Numbered from the stretch's first letter, positions 1 through 11,802 are shown. The stretch: 20,000 nucleotides of DNA from Vicugna vicugna (GCA_013265495.1 MU057936.1:114873-134872); one strand, 5' to 3'. A program made the numbers and translations. Notes: generated by a model not told the origin, from the letters alone.

Positions 1-45
1 GTTACCATTTCTTCCAATAAAGTTATTGGTTCTTAAATAAATAAA
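1..45 (+). other. End of the 3' UTR and poly(A) signal of a presumed second ferritin-like copy lying left of the window
   Basis: Exact reverse complement of 19697-19741; AATAAA at 16-21. The CDS itself is not in the window (stop expected about 120 nt upstream of base 1). Confidence 0.7.
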
Positions 46-450
46 GGTCTCTGGTTGATTCACGTGTGCACACCTCTCACTTTGTAAGTTTAAAACAGGT
101 ATCCAGGAGTCTCTCCAGCACCCATGCCCCATCCACATGCAGCTCAGGGTCTCCACAGATGGACGGAGAAGGTACTGCCTGGGACCATGGAAAATACAAA
201 AGCAGTATTCCCCTAATGAACAAGGAGTGAGTGGGTGGGGGAGGGGTCATCTGCGGTCCTAGTCTACGTGACACCTGTGTGTGGTAATATTATACTTAAA
301 CACAGTATGGAATTTATAATACTGGTGAACTCTTAAGGAGAAGTGAAGAGTGACATTGGACAGGCAGCAAAATAAAGGGTGTCTTCAACTTGACCTGAAA
401 ACGTTTAGCTCATTAAGAAATGTTAGCACATGTTGCTTCTGGGCAGCAGC

Positions 451-655
451 CTGGGGGTCCTAGAAGCAGGTATGCAGAGTCCCTCCTTGACAGTCTCACC
501 CCTGCCAACAGGGATAATGGTAACTGAGCCTTAGCTGACGTTCCCATAGATGCAGGAGTGACTTCCCGGGTCACCCTGCCAGTTATGCATATTGCCCTTA
601 CAAAACATCCAAAGATGTGTATTTTTCCTTCCATTGTACCCTTTCTTCCACTAAA
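451..655 (+). pseudogene. Decayed ferritin heavy-chain-like 3' fragment (C-terminal codons plus 3' UTR)
   Basis: CTG GGG GTC CTA GAA GCA GGT ATG -CA GAG TCC CTC CTT GAC AGT CTC ACC CCT GCC AAC AGG GAT AAT GGT AAC TGA (LGVLEAGM/ESLLDSLTPANRDNGN*) aligns to [24 protein letters not shown] with a 1-nt frameshift. UTR motifs GTGACTTCCCG, ATATTGCCCTT and TTTCTTCCA are shared; the poly(A) signal has decayed to ACTAAA (650-655). Confidence 0.8.
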
Positions 656-935
656 CGAAAAGAATACCACAAAAACCTCAAACTACCTCATCAGAAGGGC
701 TGAAAAATTAAAGGTCATGGCAAAGGTCAAATTTGTGCTATTGAATATAAAGTAGAATAAATCTCCCTGAATGTAAAACCCAGGATTCTCATTGCTTTGA
801 AGAATGTCAGGGGACAGGGAGAGTCGAGGCTGGGAGACAAGTTAGGAGATACTGGAGCACGTCCAGAGACACAATGGTGGCTTCACCTGTGGTGGCTATA
901 GATGTATGTATGTATATATATATAAATGAAAGACC

Positions 936-1178
936 TGAGACAAACTCAGAGAGAGGAAAGGTCCTCAAAGCAGGCAGAGAACGACGTATTGAACAAACAA
1001 CAAGTTTGGCAAAGAAGAGTAAAAGGACAATTGAAGTTTCCGGAGACTAAACTCCAAGGCCATGATTCTCACTTTTAAGAAAATGTTGAAGTGTAGTCTT
1101 GGGGAAATATGGAAGGAAATTACTGCTTAGCTAAACTTGTTCGTATTTTACTTCATACTTTAAAGCAATATGGTAGCT
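936..1178 (+). repeat. Direct duplicate of 16960-17205 (~90% identity)
   Basis: TGAGACAAACTCAGAG...GGTCCTCAAAGCAGGCAGAGAA...GTGTAGTCTTGGGGAAAT...TGGTAGCT is present at both sites; about 24 substitutions and 2 indels over ~243 nt. Both copies are followed by a similar GTGTA..ATATATATATACACACAC tract. Confidence 0.93.
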
Positions 1179-1180
1179 AG

Positions 1181-1250
1181 TATGTATATATGTGTCTGTG
1201 TGTGTGTACAGATATATATATACACACACACACACATACACACAATACAT
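1181..1250. repeat. Compound TG/TA/CA microsatellite
   Basis: tatgtatatatgtgtctgtgtgtgtgtacagatatatatatacacacacacacacatacaca. Confidence 0.85.
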
Positions 1251-1394
1251 ATCTTTCTCGCAGATACGAGACACACAAGGTAAGCATGTACTGATGAGCA
1301 TTTGAAACAGTCCGTTGACTGACGATCCTTCTTCCTTTCCTGCTTTGGAGAACCAGTTTTTTGTTCGAGTCTCTCAACTTCAGTTTGCCTGGGT

Positions 1395-1590
1395 TCACAT
1401 ACCAGTCTAGCCACACATCTTGGGTAAACCTGGGTAAGGAATTTAATTTCTCTGTGCCTCAGTTTCCTCACGTTTAAAATAAGGATAAAAGCGTCAACTC
1501 CACTGGGTCACTGTGCCGATTAAAGGAGTTAATGTACGTAAATCTCTAAGGAGAGTGCCTGGCACAGTGGCAGCACCTTGCGTGTTCGCC
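1395..1590 (+). mobile_element. MIR SINE
   Basis: MIR core TTTAATTTCTCTGTGCCTCAGTTTCCTCA...AAAATAAGGATAA and 3' part TTAATGTACGTAAA...AGTGCCTGGCACAGT. Confidence 0.9.
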
Positions 1591-2084
1591 ATGTTTCTGG
1601 TTTTCATCACCACCATCAACATCGCCATCTTCATAATCATCCTCCAGTTCCTTCTAAGCTCCTTCTTGTAGTTAATGCTTTGGGGAAAAGATTGCATATC
1701 TATCCTTTGCCATTGGACGTCTGTCTTCCATTTTAGCCAACCCAGGCACCTTGCATACTGAGAAGGAAACAAAAAGTCCTCTGTAGCTTCTTTGGTTGTC
1801 ATGTGCAGCCAGGACTCAAGGAAGGAAGATTTCTCTGTTGCCTGGAACTGAGATTTACTGGGACAACTTTCCATCTTGAAATACTTCTCTTTCTTCAGAG
1901 ATGGACAAAAGCAAGAGGATAAAGGGCTCACTTTGATTCCCACTGTATATATGGATTTTGTCCTGAGGAAGTATGGAATGCGGCGAGAAATACACAAATG
2001 GGACACCGTAATAGGGCTACTGATAATATAAAAATTTAAATGTATAAAATACCATATGCACTTCAGCACAAAGTTTCTTAGGCT

Positions 2085-2500
2085 TTTCTGCTGCTAGGGT
2101 CACCTCTGGAGCTTTAAAACATCTTGACGTGTAGGCCAAATCCAAACCCAAGTGCATCAGAGTCCCTTGGGGCAGGACCCAGATATTTCAGACCCTGAAA
2201 GCGAGTGTGAGCTCTCACAACTCCAAGTGTAGTCTATGGATCAGAAGCATCAGTCACACCTGGGCACTTGTTAGAAATGCAAAATCTGAAGCCCCACTCC
2301 AGACCTACTGAATCAGAGTCTGCATTTTAACAAAGATTCCCGGTGATGAATAGGCACAATGAAGTCTGAAAAGCTTGCCTTCTCACCCTGTTTCTCAAAC
2401 ATGGCTAACTGTGGAGTCACCCGGGGAGATGGAAAAATGATACCGATGCCTCGATTTACACAACTCACTCAATCAGAACATCATGCAAGTACTGGACCAG
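2085..2500. mobile_element. Cluster of MER5-family (hAT-Charlie) DNA transposon remnants; best copy MER5A1-like at ~2217-2375
   Basis: CTTGTTAGAAATGCAAAATCT...CCCCACTCCAGACCTACTGAATCAGAGTCTGCATTTTAACAA...GGTGAT; more decayed MER5-like pieces at ~2085-2190 and ~2388-2500. Confidence 0.8.
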
Positions 2501-2664
2501 TCACACTAAAAATTTACTCTAACGTCAGCAACAATTATTCAATTAACAATTACTGATCACATACATACACACACACGCACACACAGGCTTTTATTGATTC
2601 TATTTTACCACCAGATGGTTTGTTCTAGAGCATGAGTTGTCAAACTAGCGCCGACAGCCCAAAT

Positions 2665-3842
2665 CCAGATCTTTGTATCTATATTCGTAAGGGCTATTGG
2701 TCTGTAGTATTCTTGCGACGCCATTTTCTGCATCTGCTATGCTAACACTGACCTGGTACAATGTGTTGAAAAACAGTCCCTCTTTTATTTTTATGAGGCA
2801 TTTGCAGAGAACAGGTATTGATTCTTCTTTAAATATTTGGTAGAGTTCACCAGTGAAATCATTTGGGCCTGGGCTTTTGGTTGTGGGAAGTTTCAAAATT
2901 CCTAGTTTAATGATTTTACTTACTATAGGCCTGTTCACATATTCTAGTTCTTCTAGAGTCATTTTCTCTAATTTGTGTCTTCCTAGGAATTTCTCCATTT
3001 CAGCCAGGCGGCAAGTCTAGCTCTGGTGCATAGAATTACCTCATAATTCGTTTTACTTCTATGAACTCCTAATTTTATTATTTTGTCTCCTTTTATTCCT
3101 TCTTGATCAATCTGGGAAGAGGTTTTTGTTTGAGTTTTTAAAGAACCTCCTTGAATTTTGTTCATTTTTTCTACTGTTTTTCTGTCCTTTATTGCTTTTA
3201 TTTCTGCTTTAATCTTTATTTCCTTACTTCTGCTTCCTTAGGGTTCAGTTGGCTCTCAACTTTTTATTGTTTTTAAAATTGGAATGTGACATTATTTGTC
3301 ATCATCTTTCTTTAACATAAGCATTTACAGCTATGTATTTTTTTCTATCCACCATATCTGCTGTATCCCATAATTTTTAGTATGTTGTAATTTCCCCCGT
3401 GATCTCTTCTGTAACCCCCTGGTTATTTACAAGTATGGTGTTTAATTTCCACATATTTTTGAATTTCCCCAATCATCTTCCCATACTGATGAGAAATTTT
3501 GATCCATTTAGGTCAAAAGCATTCTTTGCATGATTTCAATGCTTTTAAATTTTTTGAGTCTTGTCCTAGGATATACTGTATCTTGGAGAATATTTCATGA
3601 GCGCTTGGGAAGAAGGAGCATTCAGCTGTTGATGGGTGCACTCTTCTCGACAGAGTTTTGATAGGTCTGGTTGGTTCACAGTTTTCCCGAAGTCTTCCCC
3701 TTCTTTGTTGCTTTTCTTCCTACTTATTCTATCCACCAGGGAAAGTGGGACTACAAGACTCTAACCATTATTTGTGACTTATCTATTTCATTTTTCAACT
3801 ATGACAGTTTTTGTTTCGTGCATTTGACACTTTTGTTATGTG
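2665..3842 (-). mobile_element. Old LINE-1 (L1M-type) ORF2 fragment, endonuclease to Z-domain region, degenerate
   Basis: ORF 2645..2998 MEKFL...VNRPIVSK...LPTTKSPGPNDFTGELYQIFKEE matches L1 ORF2p (MDKFL...LNRPI...LPTKKSPGPDGFTAEFYQ..KEE); T-rich antisense L1 texture continues to the gap. Confidence 0.9.
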
Positions 3843-4629
3843 NNNNNNNNNNNNNNNNNNNNNNNNNNNNNNNNNNNNNNNNNNNNNNNNNNNNNNNNNN
3901 NNNNNNNNNNNNNNNNNNNNNNNNNNNNNNNNNNNNNNNNNNNNNNNNNNNNNNNNNNNNNNNNNNNNNNNNNNNNNNNNNNNNNNNNNNNNNNNNNNNN
4001 NNNNNNNNNNNNNNNNNNNNNNNNNNNNNNNNNNNNNNNNNNNNNNNNNNNNNNNNNNNNNNNNNNNNNNNNNNNNNNNNNNNNNNNNNNNNNNNNNNNN
4101 NNNNNNNNNNNNNNNNNNNNNNNNNNNNNNNNNNNNNNNNNNNNNNNNNNNNNNNNNNNNNNNNNNNNNNNNNNNNNNNNNNNNNNNNNNNNNNNNNNNN
4201 NNNNNNNNNNNNNNNNNNNNNNNNNNNNNNNNNNNNNNNNNNNNNNNNNNNNNNNNNNNNNNNNNNNNNNNNNNNNNNNNNNNNNNNNNNNNNNNNNNNN
4301 NNNNNNNNNNNNNNNNNNNNNNNNNNNNNNNNNNNNNNNNNNNNNNNNNNNNNNNNNNNNNNNNNNNNNNNNNNNNNNNNNNNNNNNNNNNNNNNNNNNN
4401 NNNNNNNNNNNNNNNNNNNNNNNNNNNNNNNNNNNNNNNNNNNNNNNNNNNNNNNNNNNNNNNNNNNNNNNNNNNNNNNNNNNNNNNNNNNNNNNNNNNN
4501 NNNNNNNNNNNNNNNNNNNNNNNNNNNNNNNNNNNNNNNNNNNNNNNNNNNNNNNNNNNNNNNNNNNNNNNNNNNNNNNNNNNNNNNNNNNNNNNNNNNN
4601 NNNNNNNNNNNNNNNNNNNNNNNNNNNNN
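3843..4629. other. Assembly gap (787 N)
   Basis: Run of N. Confidence 1.
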
Positions 4630-5882
4630 AGTTTTTCCTGAAAAGTGGACATTTTATATACTGTGTTGTCACATCTTCAGATTTTGCCTGGATTTCTTCT
4701 GTAGAGGCTGTCTCACGTGTAATGTGTGACTGCTGTCATTTGCTCATTTCTGTATTTCTATTTTTATTTTTAAACTTGACCATATAGAGGTCACCCAGGG
4801 GTCAGCATAGTTTGGTAGTCAGCCTTTGCTTGATCAGCTGGGGCTGTGATAACAAAATACCATCGACTGGGTGGTTGAACTAGCCCCTTTTCTGGAGTTC
4901 TCACAGATCTGGACGCTGGGAGGTCCATGATCAAGGTGCTGGCAAGGTTTCATTCTCAGCCTCTTCTCTTGGCTCATCAATGCCAGCCTTCTTGCTGTGT
5001 CCTCACATGGTAGGGGGTGAGAGCAACGCTCTGGTGTTTATTCTTCTAGGGCACTGAACATATGTGGTCAGGGCCCCACCCTTATGAAGCCATTTAACCT
5101 ATCTGCATAATATTTTGTCTCCAAATATAGTCACATTGTGAGTTTGGGCTTCAACATATAAGTTTTGAGGGGACACAAACTTTCAGTCCATAACACAACC
5201 TGAGCCAATAAGGTTTCAGCCTTTCCTGATGGATCTACCTCGTGTTTGGGGAATGCACTCAGAGCTCAGCAAGTTTACACGTCTGCCATGGCTTTTACTT
5301 ACTGGATATGCAAGGCCTCGTGTTCAGCCAGTGACACGTAGCAGGCCTGGACTTTGTCTGGTCTTCCCTGAGTGCATACAGTCTTCTGGAATGGGTATGT
5401 TGCATGGGCACTTACTAAAGTGTAGGACATTTCCCTTGTTGCTAGATGTCTCTGTTAAGCTTATGGCTGATTTTCTATCTGTAGTTCACACCAAGCCACC
5501 CTGCAACCCCAGGTGTTAGCCATGATGTAGGCCTTCCCCAAGTGTATGCACAGAGATAGCTACTGTTTTCTGTAACATCCTTCAGCGTAGATTTTCCCAG
5601 AGTTAATCAAATCAACCCTCTCCATCATCTTGGCCATTGGGCCTCATGGTGGCTTCACCTTAGTGGAACTCCTGTACCACAGAGCTGGGACGGGAGGGAG
5701 AACAGTAGAAGCTCAGCCTACATATGCCACAAATTCCGTGGTTTTTTTGAGTGAAAATTCTTCATTTGCTGTATGCTCTTAACAATGTCCTGAGTACTGA
5801 AATGATTGTTTTGACAGTTTTCTCCAGTTTATCCCTTCTTGCAAGAGAATTGGCTGACTCTCTTTCAGCCATGCTAGAAGTC
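4630..5882 (-). mobile_element. Probable 5' region of the same old L1M element, interrupted by an MLT1A LTR
   Basis: GAAAAGTGGACATTTTA near 4640 and AGTACTGAAATGATTGTTTTGACAGTTTT...GCCATGCTAGAAGT near 5790-5882 resemble antisense L1MB/L1MC 5' ends; same orientation as 2665-3842. Confidence 0.55.
4828..5195 (-). mobile_element. MaLR solo LTR (MLT1A-like)
   Basis: ATAACAAAATACCATCGACTGGGTGGTT...TTCTCACAG..CTGGA.GCTGGGAGGTCCATGATCAAGGTGCTGGCA...TTCAACATATAAGTTTTGAGGGGACACAAAC.TTCAGTCCATAACA; ~370 nt, typical MLT1A length and terminus. Confidence 0.88.
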
Positions 5883-6087
5883 TGTGCTCTAGAAGTCTGC
5901 ACTGATGAGATGCAGAAGGGTAGAAACAGTCATTGTGGGTTGATTGCTGTTACTACATGCAAGTGCCATCTACTGATTCCAGTCTGGATACATAAAAAAT
6001 ACTAGGTGAAAAATCAACATGTTCTATCACATGGAATTCACATTTCAATATCAAAGTAAAATTTAAATTTATGGCTATCCTACTGAC

Positions 6088-6600
6088 TATTTTATTTTAT
6101 TTTATTTTATTTTTTAATTGAGTTATAATCAGTTTTCAGTGTTGTGTCAATTTCTAGTTTAGAGCACAATTTTTCAGTTATACATGAACATATATATATT
6201 CATTGTCACATTCATTTTTGCTGTGAGTTACCACAAGATCTTGTATATATTTCACTGTTCTATACAGTATAATCTTGTTTATCTATTCTACATATGCCTA
6301 CTAGTGTCTACAAATTTTGAACTCCTAGTCTGTCCCTTCCCACTCCCCTCCCCCTGGCAACCACAAGTTTGCATTTGATGTCTATGAGTCTATTTCTGTT
6401 TTGTATTATGTTTTTTTTTTTTTAGATTCCACATATAAGCGATCTCATATGGTATATTTCTTTCTCTTTCTGGCTTATTTCACTTAGAATGACATTCTCC
6501 AGGGACATCCATGTTGCTGCAAATGGCATTATGTTGTCAGTTTTTATGGCTGAATAGTATTTCATTGTACAAAAATACCACATCTTCTTTATCCACTTTC
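6088..6600 (-). mobile_element. Younger 5'-truncated LINE-1 (ORF2 C-terminus, 3' UTR, A-rich tail)
   Basis: ORF 6422..6610 WIKKMWYFCTMKYYSAIK...MPFAATWMSLENVILSEISQKEK..YHMRSLICGI is the L1 ORF2p C-terminus; (TTTTA)n tail at ~6088-6116. Confidence 0.93.
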
Positions 6601-8829
6601 TATTCTTCATTTACTTCAAAATACCCTTTGGGAAACAGATGCTTTAACAAAATCCTTTGGAAAATAGAGACTAAAAAATCATGAAATGTCTGCAGTATAC
6701 CTTTTCCAATCTTAGAAATTTATGAGATTAAGAAATTTAATAAACCCTTTATATTAACAGGGGTTAAATTCTAGTGGCATTGCATTTATGCCTCCTAACT
6801 AGGAAGACTGTTCGGAATCATGTAATTGAATTATAGCTTAAATTTACTGTATAGACAAATAAAAGGAATTCCGCATAAGTGTATATATGGGTATTGACTT
6901 CTTATACACAGGATATCTTGGATGTGCATCTTGATTCTGTGCAGCATCTCTATAGAACATGCAGAAGAACTTCCTTTTTTTGAAGCAGAATGTAATGGAA
7001 TTAGATATGTATCACTTAAGTACTTTTAGAACAAAATTATTCATTCTTCCTTGATATGGATGTGGCCATGTGCACCTCAGCTCCCCAGTGTTGTTTTGTT
7101 ACCTTTTCCTTTCATACAGCTAAGGGTCTCTGGGCATCTATAAGGTCAATTAGAGTTTTATTTCTTTTGAGGGAGGGGGACAAAGACTGACGGTCCAGAG
7201 GCCGGACTTTGGTTTGGCTGCTGCTGTCTGACAGCAGAACGCCTGGTGCTCTTCCTGCAGTAACGAGTCTGAGTGCTGCTATCAGCATTATGCTATATTT
7301 AAACCCCCATGGTTGGCAGGAATGTGCTAATGTCTGGAGATAACATAGTTAATCATGTCACTGTCCCTGCCCAGGGCAACTGCTACTGAAAGGACATCCT
7401 CACATGAGGAGGAGAACAGCAGATGGGGTGGTTCAGAGCCGAGCGTTTCGTCACTGAGCCAGGGAAGAGGTGTAGGATGTTGGCTCTGTTTTCTAAAGAG
7501 CGTCTAGCAGATTTCATCTTGCATAGTAACTTTCTACCCTTTTTTTAATTACAATTTTATACTTATTATAATAGCTCTTTTTAGTTTTCCTCATAGGGGA
7601 AAAAACCCAAACCAGTATTAAAATGCTACCCAAACGTTAATGTACTTCTTGAAGATATAAGTCAGGGAAATATTGAACATAAATGCCAAGGAGCCTGCAC
7701 ATTGGAAGAATCAAGAGAAGTTAAAATAATTTTAAAAACTGTATTTATAATGGCAATTTAAAAAAAATGTTAAATTTGCCTACCTTTGTGATGTGTATTT
7801 GAAATCTGCACTCCCAAATTGTATTCGTTGCTGTCAGTTAAAAACTACCCTCTCCAAGAACTCTTGAACATGGCCTGTGACTAAAATGCCGCGAGGGTCA
7901 GGGAGTGAGGTCCACTTCCCTGCGTGCTGCTCCGTCTCTGAGGGCCCCGTTTCCATAGGACCCGCCGAGCTGAGACTGGTCATCCTGGCCAGGGGGTGGC
8001 AGTTGTTTCCCGTGAGGCTTTGTTCAGAAAGTTCTAGATCCCATCTTCACCTTGTCCTGCGGGATGAGAGAGAAAGTGCAGGAGAAACTGATAGATCCTG
8101 ATGCTGTTTTAAAACATTTTGCTTCTGCTACAAAAGCAAAGGCTTATGTGAACTCCCTGCCCGCTCTGAGAAGACTCCTTCACCTCTCTTTCCTCTGAAC
8201 TGCGTGCTGTTCAAGGAGAACGGGGAGGAGACGGCACCAGGCAGGGGTGTGCCATCTCCGGAACCGCTTCACACTTGGCAGTGACGTTACCAGAGGCAGC
8301 CATTCTGTGAAGATCCGTCCATTCCTGTGCCCCAGCCAGGAAAGTAGCACTGCATGGAGATGAGTGATGTCAGATGTGCCAGAGACAATCATATACTTCT
8401 TGTGTGTCCCTCTCATACTGCTTCAGGTGCTTTTGTGTGAGATTGGGGTCAATGTTTGTCTGTATGTATGTATCATAACACAACTGGCTTCGTCTTAAAG
8501 TAGCCATATTCCTAGATCAATCATGAGCTATTAAATCCTCTAAATAAAGGGCCATTTGTAATTGTAACCTAAATGATATTTTAGAACCTTCACTACCTAT
8601 ACCCAATATCACAGAATATTTGGAGTATAATATGGCTCATAGTTTTAAAACACAAACAAAATCTGGCTCTTCGTCTTGTGTTTTTTCCTAGGACTATAAA
8701 TTGTAGATATTCTACAGTTTTCAAAAAGCTAATGACTTTTCTTCCTACTTTATCATTCCTCATTAAGGGAAGGTAAATCCTTGTTTGAAATCTTGTGGGC
8801 TGAAAATATTTGATACCAGTGAACAACAT

Positions 8830-9210
8830 TATTTTTCATTTAAGAAACATAAATAATTTAAAACTTACAGAAAAGTTGTAAGAATAGTGCAAAAAGTGTC
8901 CTTTACCTATATGTGCCAACTGCATTTTGCCACATTCATTTTATTTCCTCTCCCACAATAGAAACACACACACACACACAGTTTCTGTCATTTGAAAGTA
9001 ACTTGCACACATTGTTCTCCCTACTCCTGACTACTTCATCATGTATTTGCGAAAATTTTTTTTTTAGTTTACTTACCCACTATGAAAGATCAGAATCAGG
9101 AGATATAACATTGATAAGTATTCTCTAATATCCCTATTTGAACTTAAGAATTATTCTAATAATACCCTTTAGAGCATTTTTGATTCTGCTCCAAGATCCA
9201 GTTCAAGCAT
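8830..9210 (-). mobile_element. Ancient L1 3' UTR fragment (L1MC-like)
   Basis: AAATAATTTAAAACTTACAGAAAAGTTGTAAGAATAGT...CATTTGAAAGTAACTTGCA...CCAAGATCCAGTTCAAG resembles L1MC4/5 3' ends. Confidence 0.65.
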
Positions 9211-9749
9211 CAGCTCTGTCCTGGGAGCTATCTCAGGGGATATCCATTTGCAGCTTCCAGTGCTGCTTGAATAAGCTACAACCACCAGGGTTCTGAGAGT
9301 GGCTCATGGAGAAGAGAAAGAGTCCTTAGAGGACAGAGGAGGCATTTGGAGTGGGACAGAAGGAAGGGCAACTCGCAGCCAAAGATAGTGTCACCAAAAA
9401 AGGAAAGGAAATTAAGCGTGTCTCTCTCCCAGCAATCTAATCCCTCAAAAATTTAGAAACTTAAAATCCAAGCCTAAACTCATTGGGGGAAACCCAGATA
9501 AAACTGAGTACAAGAGGCAGAAACATGGGCACTAAGAGGAAAACTCAGGCAAACTCTTCTTTGAGAGAGGAGGAAGCATCTTGGTGGAGTTGGATCGTTT
9601 TTGCTTGTGCCTTTTTTAAGTGAGGTGTGGAAGGCGTTGCATTTCCAACAGAGCCACATGGTTCTCGCCTCAAATGATAACAATTACCCAAAATAGCAGA
9701 CGTGTTACTCCAGAGCCCGAGGAATGGCCACGGGAGGAGAGGGCGTGGG

Positions 9750-10502
<753 letters not shown>

Positions 10503-10589
10503 TCAGGATCCGGCTGTGGCTTCTGGCTGAGAAGCTCATGTCCACACGACCCTCAGCAGGTACTTGTCCCCCTCTCGTATATCTCATGT

Positions 10590-11610
10590 AAGTGTATGCA
10601 TAAAATACTTTGGCTTAAGACTCATCCAACTTGTGGCATGTATCAGAATTTAATTTCAACTAAGGCTGATGATTATTCCACTACGAAATTATATCTATAT
10701 CTATCTATATCTGTATCTGTATCTATATCTATATCTCACAGTTAGTTAAACCATTCACCTGTCAGTGGACATTTGGGTTGTTTCCATCTTTTGGCTCCTG
10801 TGAATCTTGCTGCTTCAAACACTCATGTACAAATATCTCTTCAGGTCCCTAATTTTAACTATTTGGGGTGTGTACCCAGAACTGTAATGATTCCATCATA
10901 TGGCAATTCCATTCGTCATGCTTTGAAGAACTACTGTATACTGTTTTACATAGCAACTGCACCATTATACTTTCACAACAATGTGCAAAGTTTCCAATTT
11001 CTCCACATCTTTGCCTACACTTATTTTCTACTTTGTTTTTTATTGTAACCATCCTAATGGATGAGAAGTGGTACCTCCTTGCGGTTTCAACTTGCAATTC
11101 CCTAATGATTGGTGATGTTCAGTGTTTTTTCATGTCCTTATTCACCATTTATTTATCTTTCTTGGTGAAATTTCTATTCAAGTTGTTTCCCCATTTTAAA
11201 ATCGGGTGTTTTGTCGTTTGTGTTGTCAAGTTTTACATGTTCTTTCTACATTATGGATATCAAGTGCTTATTAGATATATGATTTGTAAATATTTTCTCT
11301 TTGCCTTCTCACTCTCTTGATACTGTCCTTTGAGGCACATAAGCTTTTAATTTTGATGAATGGCAACTTACCTAGTTTTTCTTTTTTTGCGAGCTCTTTT
11401 GATGTCATATCCAAGAAATCATTGCCAAATCCAGTAGCATAAAGCTTCCCCCATGTTTTCTTCTGAGTTTTATAGTTTTAGCTCTTACTGTTAGGTCTTT
11501 GGATGATTTTGAGTTAATTGTGTATATGATGTAAGGTATGGGTCCAGCTTCATTCTTCTGCATGTGAATATCCAGTTTTTCCAGCACTATTTGTTGAAGA
11601 AACTGCTTTT
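10590..11610 (-). mobile_element. LINE-1 ORF2 3' portion (L1MA/MB-like), degenerate, with an internal (TATATC)n microsatellite at ~10691-10737
   Basis: TGGACATTTGGGTTGTTTCCA..., TTTCTCCACATCTTTGCC.ACACTT, ATATCCAGTTTTTCCAGCAC.ATTTGTTGAAGA; ORFs 10855..11097 and 11405..11587 are decayed ORF2p. Confidence 0.92.
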
Positions 11611-11802
11611 TTTTCCCCCACAGAATGATACAGTTTTGAATTACTAAACTAGTTGATAACTTGGGAAGTCAGGAGGAGGGAAAGTCTTCATATCTTGTTT
11701 GCCTCATCAGAACCCACATCTGTCCCACATCTCTGTAAGGGTCATCTGTCTCTCCTCCCTCCATCTGCTCATTCAGTAGATTTCATCCCTAGTGCTCTAA
11801 AA

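Larger units (their letters stand above)
1..937. repeat. Left arm of a long inverted segmental duplication (partner ~18831-19741)
   Basis: 1-895 is the reverse complement of 18855-19741 with about 18 substitutions and 3 indels (3+3+2 nt) by hand alignment. Residual homology AAATGAA-AGACCTG extends to 937 beyond a TA/TG microsatellite. Mirror ORFs in the ORF track (77..274 vs 19468..19665, etc.) agree. Confidence 0.97.

Noticed and set aside
77..755. Short ORFs duplicated at both window ends (65, 85, 65 aa; mirrors at 18993-19665)
   Set aside because: Their conservation simply reflects the inverted duplication. They overlap 3' flank, pseudogene and L2 sequence and resemble no protein I recognise.
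1494..2069. 191-aa ORF on the minus strand
   Set aside because: Non-ATG start, runs through a MIR and a (CAT)-like low-complexity tract, and shows no recognisable domain.
2085..2500. Adjacent MER5 copies as a structured ncRNA
   Set aside because: The partial palindromy is intrinsic to MER5 elements and the copies are highly decayed; there is no independent evidence for an RNA gene.
3843..4629. Idea that the left contig is misoriented or that TMEM47 exon 2 hides in the gap
   Set aside because: L1-like sequence in the same orientation flanks both sides, which favours a gap inside one L1. The arms also differ by ~2-3% with a distinct junction. Considered unlikely but not formally excluded.
3671..4787. 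Five long ORFs (276-352 aa)
   Set aside because: Artefacts of translating through the 787-nt N gap.
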